Assembly: GCA_965220075.1 (NCBI GenBank)
Contig: OZ244806.1
Location: 392,332 to 456,331 of the forward strand
DNA: 64,000 nucleotides
Direction: 5' to 3'
Source: Chloroflexota bacterium
GTDB lineage: Bacteria > Chloroflexota > UBA11872
In this document: positions 62,375 to 64,000 of the stretch, in pieces
How the letters are laid out: the number at the start of each line of letters is the position of its first letter
How positions within the stretch are numbered: the stretch's first letter is position 1
Made by a program: the position numbers and the translations under genes
The notes under the pieces: generated by a model
Database searches by the model: none
What the model was told of the DNA's origin: nothing
Seen by the model: only the letters and a program-made list of their open reading frames with translations

Positions 62375-63583
62375 GTGAGCGAGTCGGACGAGTTTCTGGA
62401 CCTGGCGCGGGACGTGGCCGGCGCCGTCGCGGCGCTGGCCGAGCCCGCCGGCGGCGGCAGCCGCTGGCAGACCTTGAGCTACTTCGGCCAACCCCAATAC
62501 ACGCCGGACATGTTCGCCGGCAGCGCGGGCGTGCCCATCCTCTTCGCGGACCTCTTCGCGGCTACCGGCGAGGCGCGCTACCGCGAGATTGCCGAGAGCG
62601 GCGCTCTCTGGATCGACCAGGAAACAAAGGCGAATCTGACGTCGGCCAGCCCCGATCCGGGTCTCTACTTCGGTCTGGCCGGGCACGGCATGACGTTCCT
62701 GCGCCTGTTCCAGGCCACTCGCCGCGCACGCTGGCTCGATTTGGCGCTGAGCCGCGCGCGCGCCCTGCAGCGTGTCGAACATGCGGAAGCCGAGCTGCTC
62801 ACCGGCGCCGCCGGCGCGGTGATATTCCTGCTCGAAATGGGTCGCGCCGCCGGTGACGCCGGGTACGTGGCCGCGGCCGAACGCGCCGGCGATGTGATTC
62901 TGAGCGCCGCGCGGGCGGACGCAAGCGGCTGGCGCTGGCCCTGGGTGCGGCGTTCCGGCACCTTCGAGGCCGCCGGCTTTGGGCACGGTGCGTCCGGCAT
63001 CGGCTACGCCCTTGCGGAGCTCTACCGAGTCACGCGGCGTCATGACTTCCGCGACGCCGTGTTGGGAGCGGCGCGCTGGATCGAGTCCCACGCGCTCGAG
63101 ACCGACGCCGGCGTCGCATGGACCCGTTACCCGGGCGATACCCGTGCGCCGCGCGTGCAGTGGTGCCACGGTTCGCCGGGCATCGGCCTGTTCGCCATTC
63201 GCGGGTTCGAGGCCGTCGGCGACGCCTCCCTGCGCGGCCTCGCCGAGCGCTGCGCCGAGGCGGTCTACGCGGCCGGTGACGTTCGCGCCAACGCCTCGCA
63301 GTGCCATGGCCTGGCCGGCAATGGTGAGCTGCTCATCGAGATGTCGCGCGTGCTTGGCGAGCAAGGCTGGATGCGGCGCGCCCGCGAGTTCGGGCGCCTG
63401 GCCACCGCCTACCGTGAGGAAGCGGGAGGCCGCGCGCGCTGGCGGTCCGACGAGCCGGGTGAATACGGTGTGGATTTCATGACCGGTTCAGCCGGGACCG
63501 GCCATTTCTTCCTGCGGCTCGCCCGGCCCCACGCCGTCGCGATGCCCCTCATGGTCACGCCTCCGAAATCCGCAGCCACGTAG
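62375..63583 (+). CDS. Stand-alone lanthionine synthetase C-like protein
   Basis: Seven GxxG repeats; GFGHGASG, WCHGSPG, QCHGLAG (Zn ligands Cys/Cys/His intact), FMTGSAG. Confidence 0.9.
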   Translation: MSESDEFLDLARDVAGAVAALAEPAGGGSRWQTLSYFGQPQYTPDMFAGSAGVPILFADLFAATGEARYREIAESGALWIDQETKANLTSASPDPGLYFGLAGHGMTFLRLFQATRRARWLDLALSRARALQRVEHAEAELLTGAAGAVIFLLEMGRAAGDAGYVAAAERAGDVILSAARADASGWRWPWVRRSGTFEAAGFGHGASGIGYALAELYRVTRRHDFRDAVLGAARWIESHALETDAGVAWTRYPGDTRAPRVQWCHGSPGIGLFAIRGFEAVGDASLRGLAERCAEAVYAAGDVRANASQCHGLAGNGELLIEMSRVLGEQGWMRRAREFGRLATAYREEAGGRARWRSDEPGEYGVDFMTGSAGTGHFFLRLARPHAVAMPLMVTPPKSAAT

Positions 63584-63604
63584 GGGCGGTTCGCGAACCG
63601 CCCT
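63580..63604 (+). repeat. GTAG-type REP
   Basis: GTAGGGGCGGTTCGCGAACCGCCC; adjacent to the RAYT gene. Confidence 0.8.
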
Positions 63605-63625
63605 CTTGACTTCGCCTCAACACGA

Positions 63626-64000
63626 TTACCTGTGCTTGGATTGCAATTCAGGATTATATCTGTCTAAATGCCACTGGATTGGATTATTGACGATGTATTC
63701 GCGAATCTTGGCCAATTCATCATTGTCTCGAATAACATGTTCATAATAATTCCGCTGCCAGATCGGGGCTCCAGGGGCTCTCCGCGCAAGGTTCACGCGC
63801 TTTGCTGCGACAGTTTTGAATGCGCCTATCAGACGCCCCACGGTTTACGGCGGTTCGAGGGACGAGCGGTTTGCGAACCGCTCCTACACAGATCGGTGAT
63901 GGCAATGATGCCGTGCATATGGTTCGGCATCACAACGTATTTGTCCAATGTCACGTAGGAATATTGGACGGTAAGCCATTCCCACGAATCCCTAACCAGA
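63626..64000 (-). pseudogene. REP-associated tyrosine transposase (RAYT, HUH/Y1), 5' truncated by window edge, frameshifted near 63840
   Basis: One frame gives SWEWL..Y.YV.LDKYVVMPNHMHGII then TGA at 63831-63829; another frame continues GRLIGAFKT..WQRNYYEHVIRDN.EL..IREYI.NNP..W. Confidence 0.88.
63864..63887 (-). repeat. GTAG-type REP inside the RAYT coding sequence
   Basis: Minus strand GTAGGAGCGGTTCGCAAACCGCTC. Confidence 0.8.

Noticed and set aside
60658-62856. 732-aa plus-strand ORF and many similar long overlapping ORFs (e.g. 4019-5908, 10414-12129, 15649-17400)
   Set aside because: Antisense or off-frame shadows of well-supported genes, expected in high-GC DNA; Arg/Ala/Pro-rich with no motifs.
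62245-63625. Lanthipeptide biosynthetic cluster
   Set aside because: No dehydratase, Ser/Thr/Cys-rich precursor, protease or transporter is visible near the LanC-like gene.

Overview
High-GC bacterial chromosomal segment; the gene styles suggest Chloroflexota (inference only). From left to right: the 3' end of recN; a MoxR AAA+/DUF58/two-VWA operon running into a CCA-adding/HD nucleotidyltransferase and an orphan BrnA-like antitoxin; two LiaF-like paralogs; a repeat-rich, lower-GC gap holding an 87-aa orphan; a pyrR-pyrB-(MBL)-pyrC-carA-carB-pyrK operon with a PyrR-binding leader and no adjacent pyrD; a small insert (Mrr-like remnant plus membrane protein); purA and pyrG. A ~32-kb surface-glycan locus follows (Wzm/Wzt, Wzx, 1 GT2, 11 GT4-type, 1 CgeB-type GT, 2 GT-C-like membrane proteins, Trm112-like protein, radical SAM enzyme, methyltransferase, epimerase, priming sugar transferase). 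The window ends with a class III aminotransferase, a stand-alone LanC-like gene and a frameshifted REP-associated tyrosine transposase. Most notable: (1) three consecutive, translationally coupled glycan genes (Wzt, GT2, GT4) each carry the same ~120-aa beta-sandwich-like module, circularly permuted in the GT2; (2) a GT-C/Trm112/radical SAM unit; (3) CGTC-type palindromic repeats whose loops are invaded by smaller elements. All calls come from reading motifs by eye; no searches were run.
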